Origin: Chiloscyllium plagiosum
Lineage: Eukaryota
Assembly: GCF_004010195.1 (NCBI RefSeq)
Contig: NC_057719.1
Coordinates: forward strand, 21,699,557-21,763,556
DNA: 64,000 bases
Direction of reading: 5' to 3'
The notes beneath the pieces were generated by a model. The model did not search any database. It saw only the letters and a list, made by a program, of their open reading frames with translations, and was not told the origin of the DNA. This document shows, one piece after another, positions 51,997 to 63,094 of the stretch. The translations under genes and the position numbers were made by a program. Numbering within the stretch: position 1 is the stretch's first letter; every line of letters starts with the position of its first letter.

Positions 51997-52102
51997 TTGG
52001 GAGCCTCCTGTGAAGCGCTTCTGTGGTGTTTCCTCCGGCATTTATAGTGGCCTGTCCCTGCCGCTTCCGGTTGTCAGTTTCAGCTGTTCGCTGTAGTGGC
52101 CG

Positions 52103-52245
52103 NNNNNNNNNNNNNNNNNNNNNNNNNNNNNNNNNNNNNNNNNNNNNNNNNNNNNNNNNNNNNNNNNNNNNNNNNNNNNNNNNNNNNNNNNNNNNNNNNN
52201 NNNNNNNNNNNNNNNNNNNNNNNNNNNNNNNNNNNNNNNNNNNNN
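52103..52245. other. Assembly gap (N run)
   Basis: Run of Ns. Confidence 0.99.
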
Positions 52246-52899
52246 AGTGGTCACAGTAGTCTGGCTGTCATTTTAGAGATGTTCTTGATGTATGGTAGTG
52301 TGGCTAGACCTTTGGGTTGTGGCATGTCCTCGTTCTGTTGTCTTTCCCTTAGGCATCTGTTGATGAAATTGCGTGGATATCCATTTTTTGCGAATGCCTT
52401 GTATAGGTGTTCCTTTTCCTCTTTTTGCAGTTCTGGTGTGCTGCAGTGTGTTGTGGCCCTTTTGAATGGTGTCTTGATGCAACTTTGTTTGTGTGTATTG
52501 GGGTGGTTACTTTCATAGTTCAGGACTTGGTCTGTGTGTGTGGCTTTCCTGTGTACCTGCATGTAGCATTATTCCTGCATGTAGCTCTTGATTTTCCTTA
52601 TTTACTTGATTTAGATAAATATGTATGTACCCTTTACACTTCAAATGTTCATGGCCAGATTACTAACAGAAGACAAAGATTACAAAAATGTCAGGTTATC
52701 TTCATGTGAAAAGGTCCTGGAAGAAAATATAATGCATATATATTTGTACAAATGAGAAAGTAAACAAATACTTTACAAATGTTAACACATTAAATTGTGA
52801 TCCTCTTACACAGAATTGGTATATGTATTAGGTGTCAGTTACAGAAAAATTCTATCTTCAAAAGATTTTAAAATAACCTTCAGGTTTTTTAATGTTTAT

Positions 52900-54140
52900 G
52901 CCCTGCTCTTACATGTCTTCACTCTTGGTGTTTTCTGAGCCATTGTCTCAGGTCTGAACCACAGTGTCTGGTTTCTAATCACTGACTCCATTCATCTGCC
53001 TGGCAACTGTCTGAGATGAGTTAGACTGCTCACAAGCCTAGTGCCATATTTGAACCAGAATTAAACTTCCGATCACAATATGCTACCAGTATGGGTGTAC
53101 CTCCATCAATTTCCCTATTGATCCCTCCCTCAAGTTAACTGCTGTTGAAACCATCAATCCTATAACTTGTCTCTAGTCTTGACTGTTTCAAGATTTCCTG
53201 CCCACATTTTACTTGCTGTTGTTTGTACTTTGATTTGCACCAAATCTATGCATTTCCTCCTCCTATGCTCAGTGATTTGCATCAGTTCCTAATTAAGCAA
53301 CACTTTGATTTTAAAATTCTAATCCTTGTCTTTACATTGATATCACCACCCCATTCCATCCAATGAAATTCGTGGGAGGTAATACCTTGAGGTCCTTCAA
53401 CCCTCTGAGACCGTTGGTTTCCTCTAATTCTGGTCTATTGAGCAGGCCAAAGTCTAAGCAGTCAGCAACTGAGCCTTCAGCTGTCAAGGGTTTACGTCTG
53501 GAACTTTATCTAACGATATGCTCTGTCGTTTGGAGTCATAGAGTCATACAGCACAGAAACAGATCCTTTGGTCCAATCAGTCCATGCCAAACATTATCCC
53601 AAGCTAAACTAGTCCCACCTGCCTGCTCCTGGCCCATATCCCTCCAAATCTTTCATACACTTATGCAAATGTCTTTTAAATGATGTGATTGTACCTACTT
53701 CCACCACTTCTTCAGGAAGTAAATTCCACACACGAACAACCTCTGTGTAAAGCATTTGCCTCTCATGTCTTTTTTAAAACTCTCTCACCTTAAAAATGTG
53801 CCCCCAAGTCTTAAAATCCTCCATTCTAGCGAAAAGACCATTAACCCTACCTATACCCCTCATTATTTTATAAACTTCTATCAGGTCTCCTCTCAACCTC
53901 CTATGCTCCAGTGAAAAGAAGCCCAGCCTATGCAGTTTCTCTTTATAACACAAACCTTCTGTACCCTGTCTACTCTTTCTTATAGATTTTCCTTGAAACT
54001 GGTTTCTTTGGTTCTCTGCAGCAATAACTTCTCATGAGATTTGTGTCAAAATTTGAGTTATAATACACCTTTGAAGCATCTTGGAATGTACTAACACTTT
54101 ATCGTTTCTGTACATGTACATAGCATTGGTATTGTTGTAG
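52900..54140 (+). mobile_element. L2-like LINE 3' relic interrupted by a CR1 tail
   Basis: GATTTTAAAATTCTAATCCTTGT and GCCTTCAGCTGTCAAGGG...TCTGGAAC; tail resumes at about 53965. Confidence 0.55.
53531..53965 (-). mobile_element. CR1 3' fragment
   Basis: GAGTCATAGAGTCATACAGCACAGAAACAG tail followed by CR1 3' sequence. Confidence 0.85.
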
Positions 54141-54414
54141 TAGGGGAATACATCCAGCTATTAGATGAGTTAACTGGTTCAGAGAGCTGATTCACTGCTT
54201 TACCTTGCTCCCCTATAGATGCCAGGAATTTTTGATTTGAGATATAGCCTCTTGGACAGGACTAATTACTAGCTCAGTACTTTGTTGACAATACTATGTC
54301 TTCCTGTGATTATAAGCTCCGAGGCCAACTCTCCTTTAATTGATGAAAAATGGTAAAACTTTCATTGAAAAGCAATAACCAGGTATGCATTTAGATATCT
54401 GTTGGAACAATAAT

Positions 54415-54890
54415 GCTATAGAGTCATACAGCATAGAAACAAACCCTTCAGTCCAACTAGTCCATGCTGACTATGTTCCCAAACTAAACTAGTCCCATCT
54501 AGTCTGCATTTAGCCTAAACACTACCCTTCCTGTTCATGTACTTATCCAAATGTCTTTTAAACATTGTAACAGTACATACATCCATGACTTCCTCTGGCA
54601 GTTCATTTGACACACTAACCACTCTGTTAAAAAAGAAAAGTTGCTCCTCAAGTCCTTTTTAAATCTTTCTCTTTTCACCTTAAATATATGCACCTGAGTT
54701 TTAAACTTCCCCATTTTCGGGAAAAAGTCTTTTTTAACTTATCTTATCCATGCCCCTCATGATTTTATAAACCTCCATAACATCACGCTTCAACCTCCTA
54801 TGCTCCAGTAATAAATGTCCCAGCCTGTATTAGTAACTCAAACCCTCCATTCCAGGCAGGAACCTGATAAATCCTTTCTGAAGCATCTTC
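54415..54890 (-). mobile_element. CR1 3' fragment
   Basis: ATAGAGTCATACAGCATAGAAACAAACCCTTCAGTCCAAC tail followed by CR1 3' sequence. Confidence 0.85.
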
Positions 54891-55763
54891 CCTTACTTTG
54901 TTCAAGTCATAAAACTTCTTACTCATCTGCTCTGAGGTGTTTCCAGTTGTTTATTCTGCGATAATCAATTCAAAAGTTAAAGAATTAGAAATCCTCGCGG
55001 TGGAGCTATGCTACATTTCCATTCCACAAAGCAGCTTTGCAATTTCGTTCTATTTCAAATTTCCAAAACGTCAGTATATTTCTTTTGGTTTAAGGTTTCA
55101 GGCTCCATTCGTCATGCTCCTCCAACTATTTAGGGCAATTGATTGGAAATTTATTGCATGAGGAGTGTGGCTTTCTTTCATTATCATTCGTGCTTAGACT
55201 GCACAAAAGTTTAGAAACAAAATCAACAGCACCCATCATAAATTTGTGTTAAATTCCACGTTATGGGTAATTAGCCCTGGCTATGTAAAAAGAGTCAAAA
55301 ACAGCCAAGTCTAAAGCAATTACTGCTTAATTTCCTGACTTTCTGCAACTATTACCAGGAACTGACATTTCACAGAGTGTTACTTTCATGAGTATTCTTT
55401 GGTTTCATTTGTAATTTATATTTTGTTATCTGATCCGATTCTTTGTTAAAAAAAGAGAGAGCCTGTGTCTAAGGGGCATAATTTAAAAATTAAAACCAGA
55501 CTTTTCTGGAGCATAATTAGGAAACACATCTAAATTTTGAGACTGGTAAAATCTAGAACTTCCTTCTGCAAAACATTTAATTGTTCATTTTAAACCTGAG
55601 ATTGGTCAGCAAAAGTTCACTAAAGATATTAAGGGAATTGGGTAAGTCAGAGTATGTGAAGTTTGCTTAGTTCACTTGTGAGACATGGAACATGGGTGTC
55701 ACAAATAACGTTCCTTCCGAACTGTGTGTGTTCATGATCAGATTGTTCTGTGGTATAATGAGA

Positions 55764-55856
55764 GCTTGTGCTTCCAAATAAACCTGTTGGGCTATAATGT
55801 AATGTTGTGTGATTTTTAACTTTGTCCATCCCAGTCCAACATGGGCTCCTCCAAGT
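55764..55856 (+). mobile_element. PLE family B minimal insertion starting at the ribozyme cleavage region
   Basis: GCTTGTGCTTCCAAATAAACCTGTTGG...CTCCTCCAAG; 10-bp TSD TATAATGAGA at 55754-55763 and 55857-55866. Confidence 0.85.
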
Positions 55857-56054
55857 TATAATGAGAATGCACATGTTAATGGCAAGACCTATAAGATGAT
55901 TTAAAACCAACATCAGATGTATGAGACTATGATGAGAGGGTAATATGAGATTCATGTAAAATATGATGATCTCATGCTCACATGACTCTAACAACAGTAA
56001 GAGACAAGACATCAATCTGAAATGAGTATATGAAGAGCAAGGTCTTAGAACTTA

Positions 56055-56588
56055 TACTAGAGAGCTGTTTTTGAGATGAAAATAGTCACAATTTTTAAAA
56101 CTTTTCATCTTGCTGTTATTGGGGCAATTCATAAAAGATGCTGAAGTAATGGGAAAACAACACTTATACTGTATGAGAAGACAGTACTGATTGGTCACAA
56201 GCAGACTCTGATTTGATTACCATAGAAAATTCATCAGAACTACAAAGCTCTGTTCTTTGTAGATAGAAAGAACATGTACAAATACTGCACTTGTTGCAAT
56301 TCAACAAAAGAATTGTTAGTCATTCTCTGGTTCATGTCTCAGAGCAATGTCTTGGCTAATAAAGCAAAAATGTCTGCTTTAAAATTTAAACAAAGCTTGG
56401 TGGTTAACTGTCAGTCAAATTTACTCTGCATTCACCATGGCAATGCCAAACAATTAATACTGTCCTTTCATGGAGTATAAACATTGTTTTTCTTTACTTT
56501 GGCATTTCTTGCCATTTGTCCTGATGATAACAAGATGAAACATGTCTTTTTTCAATAAAAACAAGTTCTGTACTACCAAATGACTATT
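56055..56588. mobile_element. Old element with long degenerate inverted repeats and a hammerhead-like core (family E, probably PLE-derived)
   Basis: About 56100-56193 is an imperfect inverse of about 56450-56540; GTC-CTGATGA-TAACAAGAT-GAAA at 56518-56540. Confidence 0.6.
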
Positions 56589-57579
56589 ATAGAACTGCAT
56601 TTGATAACCTACACTGTACACATTAAAAAATATTTTGTAAAGAGGAATTGTCGAACATTAATTAGACCTAAAGAGCAAGCAGCATCCATGTCAACATTTG
56701 TGCAGATGTCCAGAATGTGAGATACTTCAGACTGGGGCTTTGATTTGCAGAGAGTATTAATGGCCTGAAGCAGAAATAAAACAGAAAGGATGGAATAACT
56801 GTACAGAGCTGTAACAGAGATCAGTATCATGTGTCATAATATTTAAAGGAATTCATTGGACCTCCAGAAAGTCAGACAATAATAAATCTTAAGGAAGGTA
56901 AAGACAAAGCTATGGCATAGTTGAAAAGAGCATTCTCTCAGTATGGCAGAACCAACCAAATGCCCAAACCTAAAAGCAGGCTAACCCATAAGGATTGAGT
57001 AACACAAGATTGTACCAGTGATGACTGACCAAGCCACTTTCCTTGAAGGGATCCTTTGAAGAAACATGTTTGCATTTTAACAAATAGGCCACAAGTAATG
57101 AAAGTGAAATTAGAGAAAACACCGGTCACAGATCAGCCTTGATCTCATTGAATTATGGAACAGATTCAAGTATCTCACTGTCCTATACTTGTTCCTAAGT
57201 TCAGTCATCACATAAGCGTTTGAGGAGAATTAGCTTTTGTTTTCACAAAGAGGAATTCACATTTTGTATTATGTATCATTTGTATCAGCTAAGGGTATCC
57301 AACCGTAATTATGTAATTGAAACTGAGTTGAAATGCAAATATTCTGGAGTTGCTGCATTAAAATCAGCCAATTGTCAGATGATGCCAAACCTTTAGTTCC
57401 CAATGAAAGACTTGAATCAAGAGCCATGAATCAGGTGATGTTCCAAAGCCAGTGGTTTGATATAAAATGTAAAGGAAAGGAAATATGTGGTTCTATAACT
57501 CCAGACAATCGCTATAAGGATGAAAATCAGAAGATTACATTTACACATCCACTCCTCTGATGGTTGAGCATATTTAATT

Positions 57580-57937
57580 CCATAAGACAATAAGATGTTG
57601 GAGCAGAAGTCAGTCCTTCACGACTGACATGGCTAATGTGATAATCCTCAACTCCACTTTCCTGTCTCTTCCCCATAACCCTTAATTCTCATATTAAAGA
57701 AAAATCTGTCTGTTTTAGCCTTGAATGTACTAAGTAACCCACCATCAATAGAAAGTCCTCCTTATCTCTATTTTAAATGTGTGACACCTTATTCTGAGAT
57801 TATGCCCTGTGGTCCTAGACTGAGCCACAAGGGGAAATAACTTTTCCGCATCCAGTGTGACAATTCCCCGAAGAATTTTGTATGTTTCAATAAGGTTGCA
57901 TCTCATTCTTTGATATTCCAATGACTATAGGCTCAAT
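57580..57937 (-). mobile_element. Old CR1 3' fragment
   Basis: CCATAAGACAATAAGATGTTGGAGCAGAAG tail; colinear with 33740-34360. Confidence 0.75.
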
Positions 57938-59260
57938 CTGGATTGTGAAGGAACAAAAATGGCATTTAGAAGTTTACGGGTTACTGAGGATTATGTCTGC
58001 AATAAATGCAATTGGTTGCGAATCCTATCAGATCGATTGGATCAGTTGGAGAGACAGTCAGAGGCAACGAAGAATTTACAAGAGCAAGGGGATGTGAGGG
58101 ATGGCAGTCACAGTAAAGGGGGAAAGTCACAGACACAGTCACATAGATGGGTTAACTCCAGGAAAGGTAAGAGAGGTAGAGGCAGTTAGTGCAGGAGTCT
58201 TCTGTGGTCAACCCCATTTAAAACAAGTATGCTGTTTTGGAAAATGTTAGGGTGATGGATTCTCAGGGGAACATAGCACGAACATTCTGGTATTGAAACT
58301 GGCACTAATGCAATGAGGGGTACGTCGGGTTTCAAGAGGTCAATTGTGTTAGGGGACTCTCTTGTCTGACGTACAGACAGACGTTTCTGTGGCCAGCAGC
58401 AAAAAATCAGAATGGTGTGTTGCTTCCTTGGTGCCAGGATCAAGGATGTCTCAGAGAGGGTGTAGAATGTTCTCAAGGGGGAGAAAGGCATTGTACACAT
58501 TGGAACAAACGACATAGAAAGGGAAAAGGTTGAGATTCTGAAGGGAGATTACAGAGAGTTAGGCAGGAACTTAAAAAGAAGGTTCTCGAGAGCAGTAATA
58601 TCTGGATTACTTCCAGTGCTATGAGCTAGTGAGGGCAGGAATAGGAGAATAGAGCAGATGAATGCATGGCTGAGGAGCTGGTGCATGGGAGAAGGATTCA
58701 CATTTTTGGATCATTGGAATCTCTTTTGGGGTAAAAGTGACCTGTACAAGAAGGATGGATTGCACCTAAATTGAAAGGGGACTAATATACTTGCAGTGAG
58801 ATTTGCTAGAGCTGCTCAGGAGGATTTAAACTCGTAAGGTGGTGGATGTGACCCAGGGAGATAGTGAGGAAAGAGATCAATCTGAGACTGGAACAGTTGA
58901 GAACAGAAGCGAATCAAACAGTCAGGGCAGGTAGGGACAAAGTAGGACTAATAAAATAAAGTGCATTTATTTCAATACAAGGAGCCTAACAGGGAAGGCA
59001 GATGAACTCAGGGCATGGTTAGGAACATGGTACTGGGATATCATAGTAGTTACGGAAACATGGCTCAGGGATGGTCAGGACTGACAGCTTAATGTTCCAG
59101 GATACAAATGCTACTGGAAGGATAGAAAGGGAGGCAAGAGAGGAGGGAGAGTGGTGTTTTTGATAAGGGATAGCATTACAGCTGTGCTGAGGGAGGATAT
59201 TCCTGGAAATACATCCAGGGAAATTATTTGTGTGGAACTGAGAAATAAGAAAGGAATGAT

Positions 59261-59531
59261 TAGATTACTTACAGTGTGGAAACAGTCCCTTCGGCCCAAC
59301 AAGTCCACACCGACCCTTTGAAGATCAAACCACCCAGACCTATTCCCCTACACCTAACACTACGGGCAATTTAGCATCGCCAATTCACCTAACCTGCACA
59401 TCGTTGGATTGTGGGAGGAAACTGGAGCACCCAGAGAATGTGCAAACGCCACACAGACAGTTGCCCGAGGCAGGGATTGAACCCGGGTCTCTAGCACTGT
59501 GAGGCAGCAGTGCGAACCACTGTGCCGCCTG
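59261..59531 (-). mobile_element. HE1-like SINE inserted into the CR1 endonuclease region
   Basis: Splits the CR1 sequence ATGAT|CACCTTATTGGGA, which is intact (reversed) at about 25712-25731; no clear TSD. Confidence 0.9.
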
Positions 59532-61572
59532 CACCTTATTGGGATTGTATTATAGACCCCCCTAATAGTCAGAGAGAAATTGAGAGACAAATTTGTAAGG
59601 AGATCTCAGTTATCTGTAGGAATAATAAGATGGCTATAGGAGGGGGTTTTAACTTTCCGAACATAGACTGGGACTGCCGTAGTGTTAAGGTTTAGATGGA
59701 GACGAATTTGTTAAGTGCGTACAAGAAAATTTTCTGATTCAGTATGTGGATGTATCTACTAGAGAAAATGCAAAACTTGACCTACTCTTGGGAAATAAGG
59801 CAAGGTGTCAGTGGGGGAGAACTTTGGGGCCGGCGATCGTAATTCTATTCGTTTTAAAATAGTGATGGAAAAGGATAGACTAGATATAAAAGTTAAAGTT
59901 CTAAAGTGGAGAAAGGTCAATTTTGACAGTATTAGGCAAGAACTTTCAAAAGCTGATTGGGAGCAAATGTTTGCAGGTAAAGGGACGGCTGAAAAATGGT
60001 AAGCCTTCAGAAATGAGCTAACGAGAATCCAGAGAAAGTATATTCTTGTTAGGGTGAAAGGAAAGGCTGGTAGGTATAGGGAATGCTGGATAACTAAAAA
60101 AATTGAGGGATTGGTTAAGAAAAAGAAGGAAGCGTATTTCAGGTATAGACAGGATAGATCGAGTGAATCCTTAGAAGAGTATAAAGGCAGTAGGAGTATA
60201 CCTAAGAGGGAAATCAGGAGGGCAAAATGGGGACATGAGATAGCTTTGACAAATAGAGTTAAGGAGAATCCAAAGGGTTTTTACAAATGCGTTAAGGACA
60301 AAAGGGTAACTCGGGAGAAAATAGGACCTCTCAAAGATCAGCAAGGCAGCCTTTGTTTGGAGCCGCAGAAAATGGGGGAGATACTAAACGAGTATTTTGT
60401 ATCAGTATTTACTGTGGAAAAGGACATGGAAGATATACAATGTAGGGAAACACATGGTGACATCTTGAAAAATGCCCATCTTACAGAGGAGGAAGTGTGT
60501 AAAAGTGGATAAATCCCCAGGACCTGATCAGGTGTACCTGAGAACTCTGTGGGAAGTTAGGGAAGTGATTGCTGGACCTATTACTGAAATATTTGTTTCA
60601 TCGACAGTCACAGGTGAGGTGCCAGAAGACTGGAAATTGGCTAACGTGGTGCCACTGTTTAAGAAAGGTGGTAAGGACAAACCAGGGAACTATAAAACAG
60701 TGAGCCTGACGTCAATGGTAGGCAAGTTGTTGGACGCAACCCTGAGGGACAGGATGTACATGTATTTGGAAAGGCAAGGACTGATTAGGGATAGTCAACA
60801 TGGCTTTGTGCGTGGGAAATCATGTCTCACAAACTTGATTGAGTTTTATGAAGAAGTAACAAAGAAGATTGATGAGGGCAGAGCAGTAGATGTAATCGAT
60901 ATGGACTTCAGTAAAGCATTTGACAAGGTTCCCCATGGGAGACTGGTTAGCAAGGTTAGAGCTCATGGAATGAAGGGAGAACTGGCAAAATATCCTATCT
61001 CTTACAGGAGAAGATTGGAACTGTGCCTGTGGGGTTTTAAGGCACCCAAGTCCTGACACACAGGTGGTGGAGGGTTGTTTTTCAGACTGGAGGCCTGTGA
61101 CCGCAGGACTTATACACTTAATGGTAAGGTCCTAGGGAGTGTTGCTGAACAAAGAGACCTTGGAGTACAGGTTCATAGCTCCTTGAAAGATATGATAGTG
61201 AAGAAGGTGTTTGGTATGCTTTCTTTTATTGGTCAGATTTTTGAGTACAGGAGTTGGGAGGTCATGTTGCAGCTGTACAGGACATTGGTTAGGTCACTGT
61301 TGGAATATTGCATGCAATTCTGGTCTCCTTCATATCGGAAAGATGCTGTGAAACTTGAAAGGATTCAGAAAAGGTTTACAAAGATGTTGCCACAGTTGGA
61401 GAATTTGAGTTCTAGAGAGAAGCTGAACAGGCTGAGGCTGTTTTCCCTGGAGTGTCAGAGGCTGAGGGGTGACCTCATAGAGGTTTACAAAATCATGAGG
61501 GGCATGGATAGGATAAATAGACAAAGTATTTTCCCTGGGGTGGGGGAGTCCAGAAGTAGAGGGCATAGTTTT

Positions 61573-61650
61573 AGGGTGGGAGGGGAAAGGTATAAAAGAG
61601 ACCTCAGGGGCAGGGTGGGAGGGGAAAGGTATAAAAGAGACCTCAGGGGC
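61573..61650. repeat. Perfect 39-bp tandem duplication inside CR1 ORF2
   Basis: AGGGTGGGAGGGGAAAGGTATAAAAGAGACCTCAGGGGC at 61573-61611 and 61612-61650 (RVGGERYKRDLRG twice). Confidence 0.95.
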
Positions 61651-61890
61651 AATGTTTTCCACGTAGAGGGTGGTACGGGTATGGAATGAGCTGCCAGAGG
61701 AAGTGGTGGAGGCTGGTACAATTGCAACATTTAAAAGGAATTTGGATGTGTATATGAATAGGAAGGGTTTGGAGGGATATGGGCCAGGTGCTGGCAGGTG
61801 GGACTGGATTGGTTTGGGATATCTGGTTGGCATGGATGGGTTGGACTGAAGAGTCTGTTTCTGTGCTGTTCATCTCTATGACTCTATGAC

Positions 61891-62000
61891 TGTAACTGTG
61901 GATTCTGGAAATCTGCAACAAAAACAGAAATTGCTGGAGAAACACAGAAGGTCTGGAAGCATCTGTGGATATAAACAGACTTAATGTTTCAGAACTCAGT
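61891..62000 (-). mobile_element. PLE family D terminal fragment
   Basis: AACTGTGGATTCTGGAAATCTGCAACAAAAACAGAAATTGCTGGAGAAAC...GCATCTGTGG matches 13883-13990. Confidence 0.7.
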
Positions 62001-62624
62001 CTTTAAGTTACCTCACTGAGTTTGAAAGTTTGTTATCAGACTTTTCATCACCATACTAGGTAATATAATCAGTGGGAGTCTCTGGTGAAGTGCTGGTCAT
62101 ATGTCCTGCCTCTCTATTTATAGGTCTTGGCTTCTTAAGGTGGGTGATGTCATTTCTGACTCGTTTTTCAAGGGAAGATAGATAGGATCTAAGTTGATGT
62201 GTCAATTGATGGAGTTCTGGTTAGAATGCAATGCCTCTAAGAATTCTTGTGCATGTCTTTGTTTCGCCTGTCCTCGGATGTGTATGTTGTCCCAGTCAAT
62301 TTGGTGTCATTCTTTGTCTGTATGTATGAAAACTAGTCTTTTGGTGGCCAGTTGGTATTCATGTATCATGGTGGCAAGCTTCCTGCTAGTTTGTCCGATG
62401 TAGTGTTTTTTTTTACTGTTCTTGCATGGTATCTTGTAAACGACATTAGTTTTGCTGGTGATATCTAAAAAAAAGAACCAGAATGACACCAATGCTTCAC
62501 CAGAGACTCTCACTGATGATGTTACCTAGTATAGTGATGAAACGTCTGAAAACAAACCTTCCAGCTCAGCGAGCTAACTTACAGACTTATCATCAACCTG
62601 AGTTACAAATCTTCTCAAAAGTGA
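62001..62624. mobile_element. PLE family C inverted insertion: GIY-YIG + terminal repeat (-) joined to a terminal repeat (+)
   Basis: Minus strand TNVVYKIPCKN...HYIGQTSRKLATMIHEYQLA (ORF 62307..62513); plus-strand repeat from about 62470; 14-bp TSD TTTCAGAACTCAGT at 61987-62000 and 62625-62638. Confidence 0.9.
62510..62549 (+). ncRNA. Minimal hammerhead ribozyme motif
   Basis: TCA-CTGATGA-T-GTTAC-CTAGTATA-GTGAT-GAAA-C-GTC-TGA: helix I TCA/TGA, helix II with G-U pairs, GUC triplet. Confidence 0.8.
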
Positions 62625-63094
62625 TTTCAGAACTCAGTTTAGCACAGACTGGCTGAGCTTTTCCACTCTACTGCTACTTACTGGAGTTATATCGAGGCAA
62701 ATATCTACTAGCATTGGGAGCAGTCCAGAGAAAGTTAACCAGGCTGATACTAGGTATGACCATATGTACTGAATAGGGCCATTCAACCTCTTGAACCTGA
62801 GATGTTGATCTGTAGTCTAACTCCATGCACGCGCTTTCAGCCCATTTCCCTTAATACCTTTGCTTAACAAAATTTTATTGGACTCAGACTTAAAATTAAC
62901 AACTGACCTAGTATCCACTGCTGTTCATGGAACAGAGTTTGACTTATTTAAGAAGGATGCTTCCAAATTCTGATCATCGTCCAGCAACCATAGAGGAATC
63001 TGCACTTACAGAAGTTGAGCAAGGATTGTATTGTAGTAAGCTGTGATGTTCACCATGAGGAACAGTTTTCTGGTATTTACTGTCAAGGCTCACA

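Larger units (their letters stand above)
51882..52567 (-). mobile_element. PLE family C-related element (RT thumb/linker + terminal repeat) spanning a gap
   Basis: ORF 52251..52562 VHRKATHTDQVLNYESNHPNTHK...KNGYP...LPYIKNIS; CpG-rich terminal repeat; 11-bp TSD ATTATTCCTGC at 51871-51881 and 52568-52578. Confidence 0.9.
57941..61890 (+). mobile_element. Near-full-length CR1 LINE (ORF1 + ORF2 + tail, no 5' UTR), decayed
   Basis: ORF1 YVCNKC, DRLDQLERQ, VLGDSLV, VHIGTND and DGLHLN; ORF2 [40 protein letters not shown] and LEYCMQFWSP; tail CTATGACTCTATGACT. Same subfamily as 23564-27574. Confidence 0.94.

Noticed and set aside
54219..54382. Plus-strand exon bounded by CCCCTATAG and CAG|GTATGC
   Set aside because: Stops in all three frames and no other support.
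57941..61890. Active autonomous LINE
   Set aside because: Multiple stops and frameshifts, a SINE insertion and loss of the catalytic RT core.
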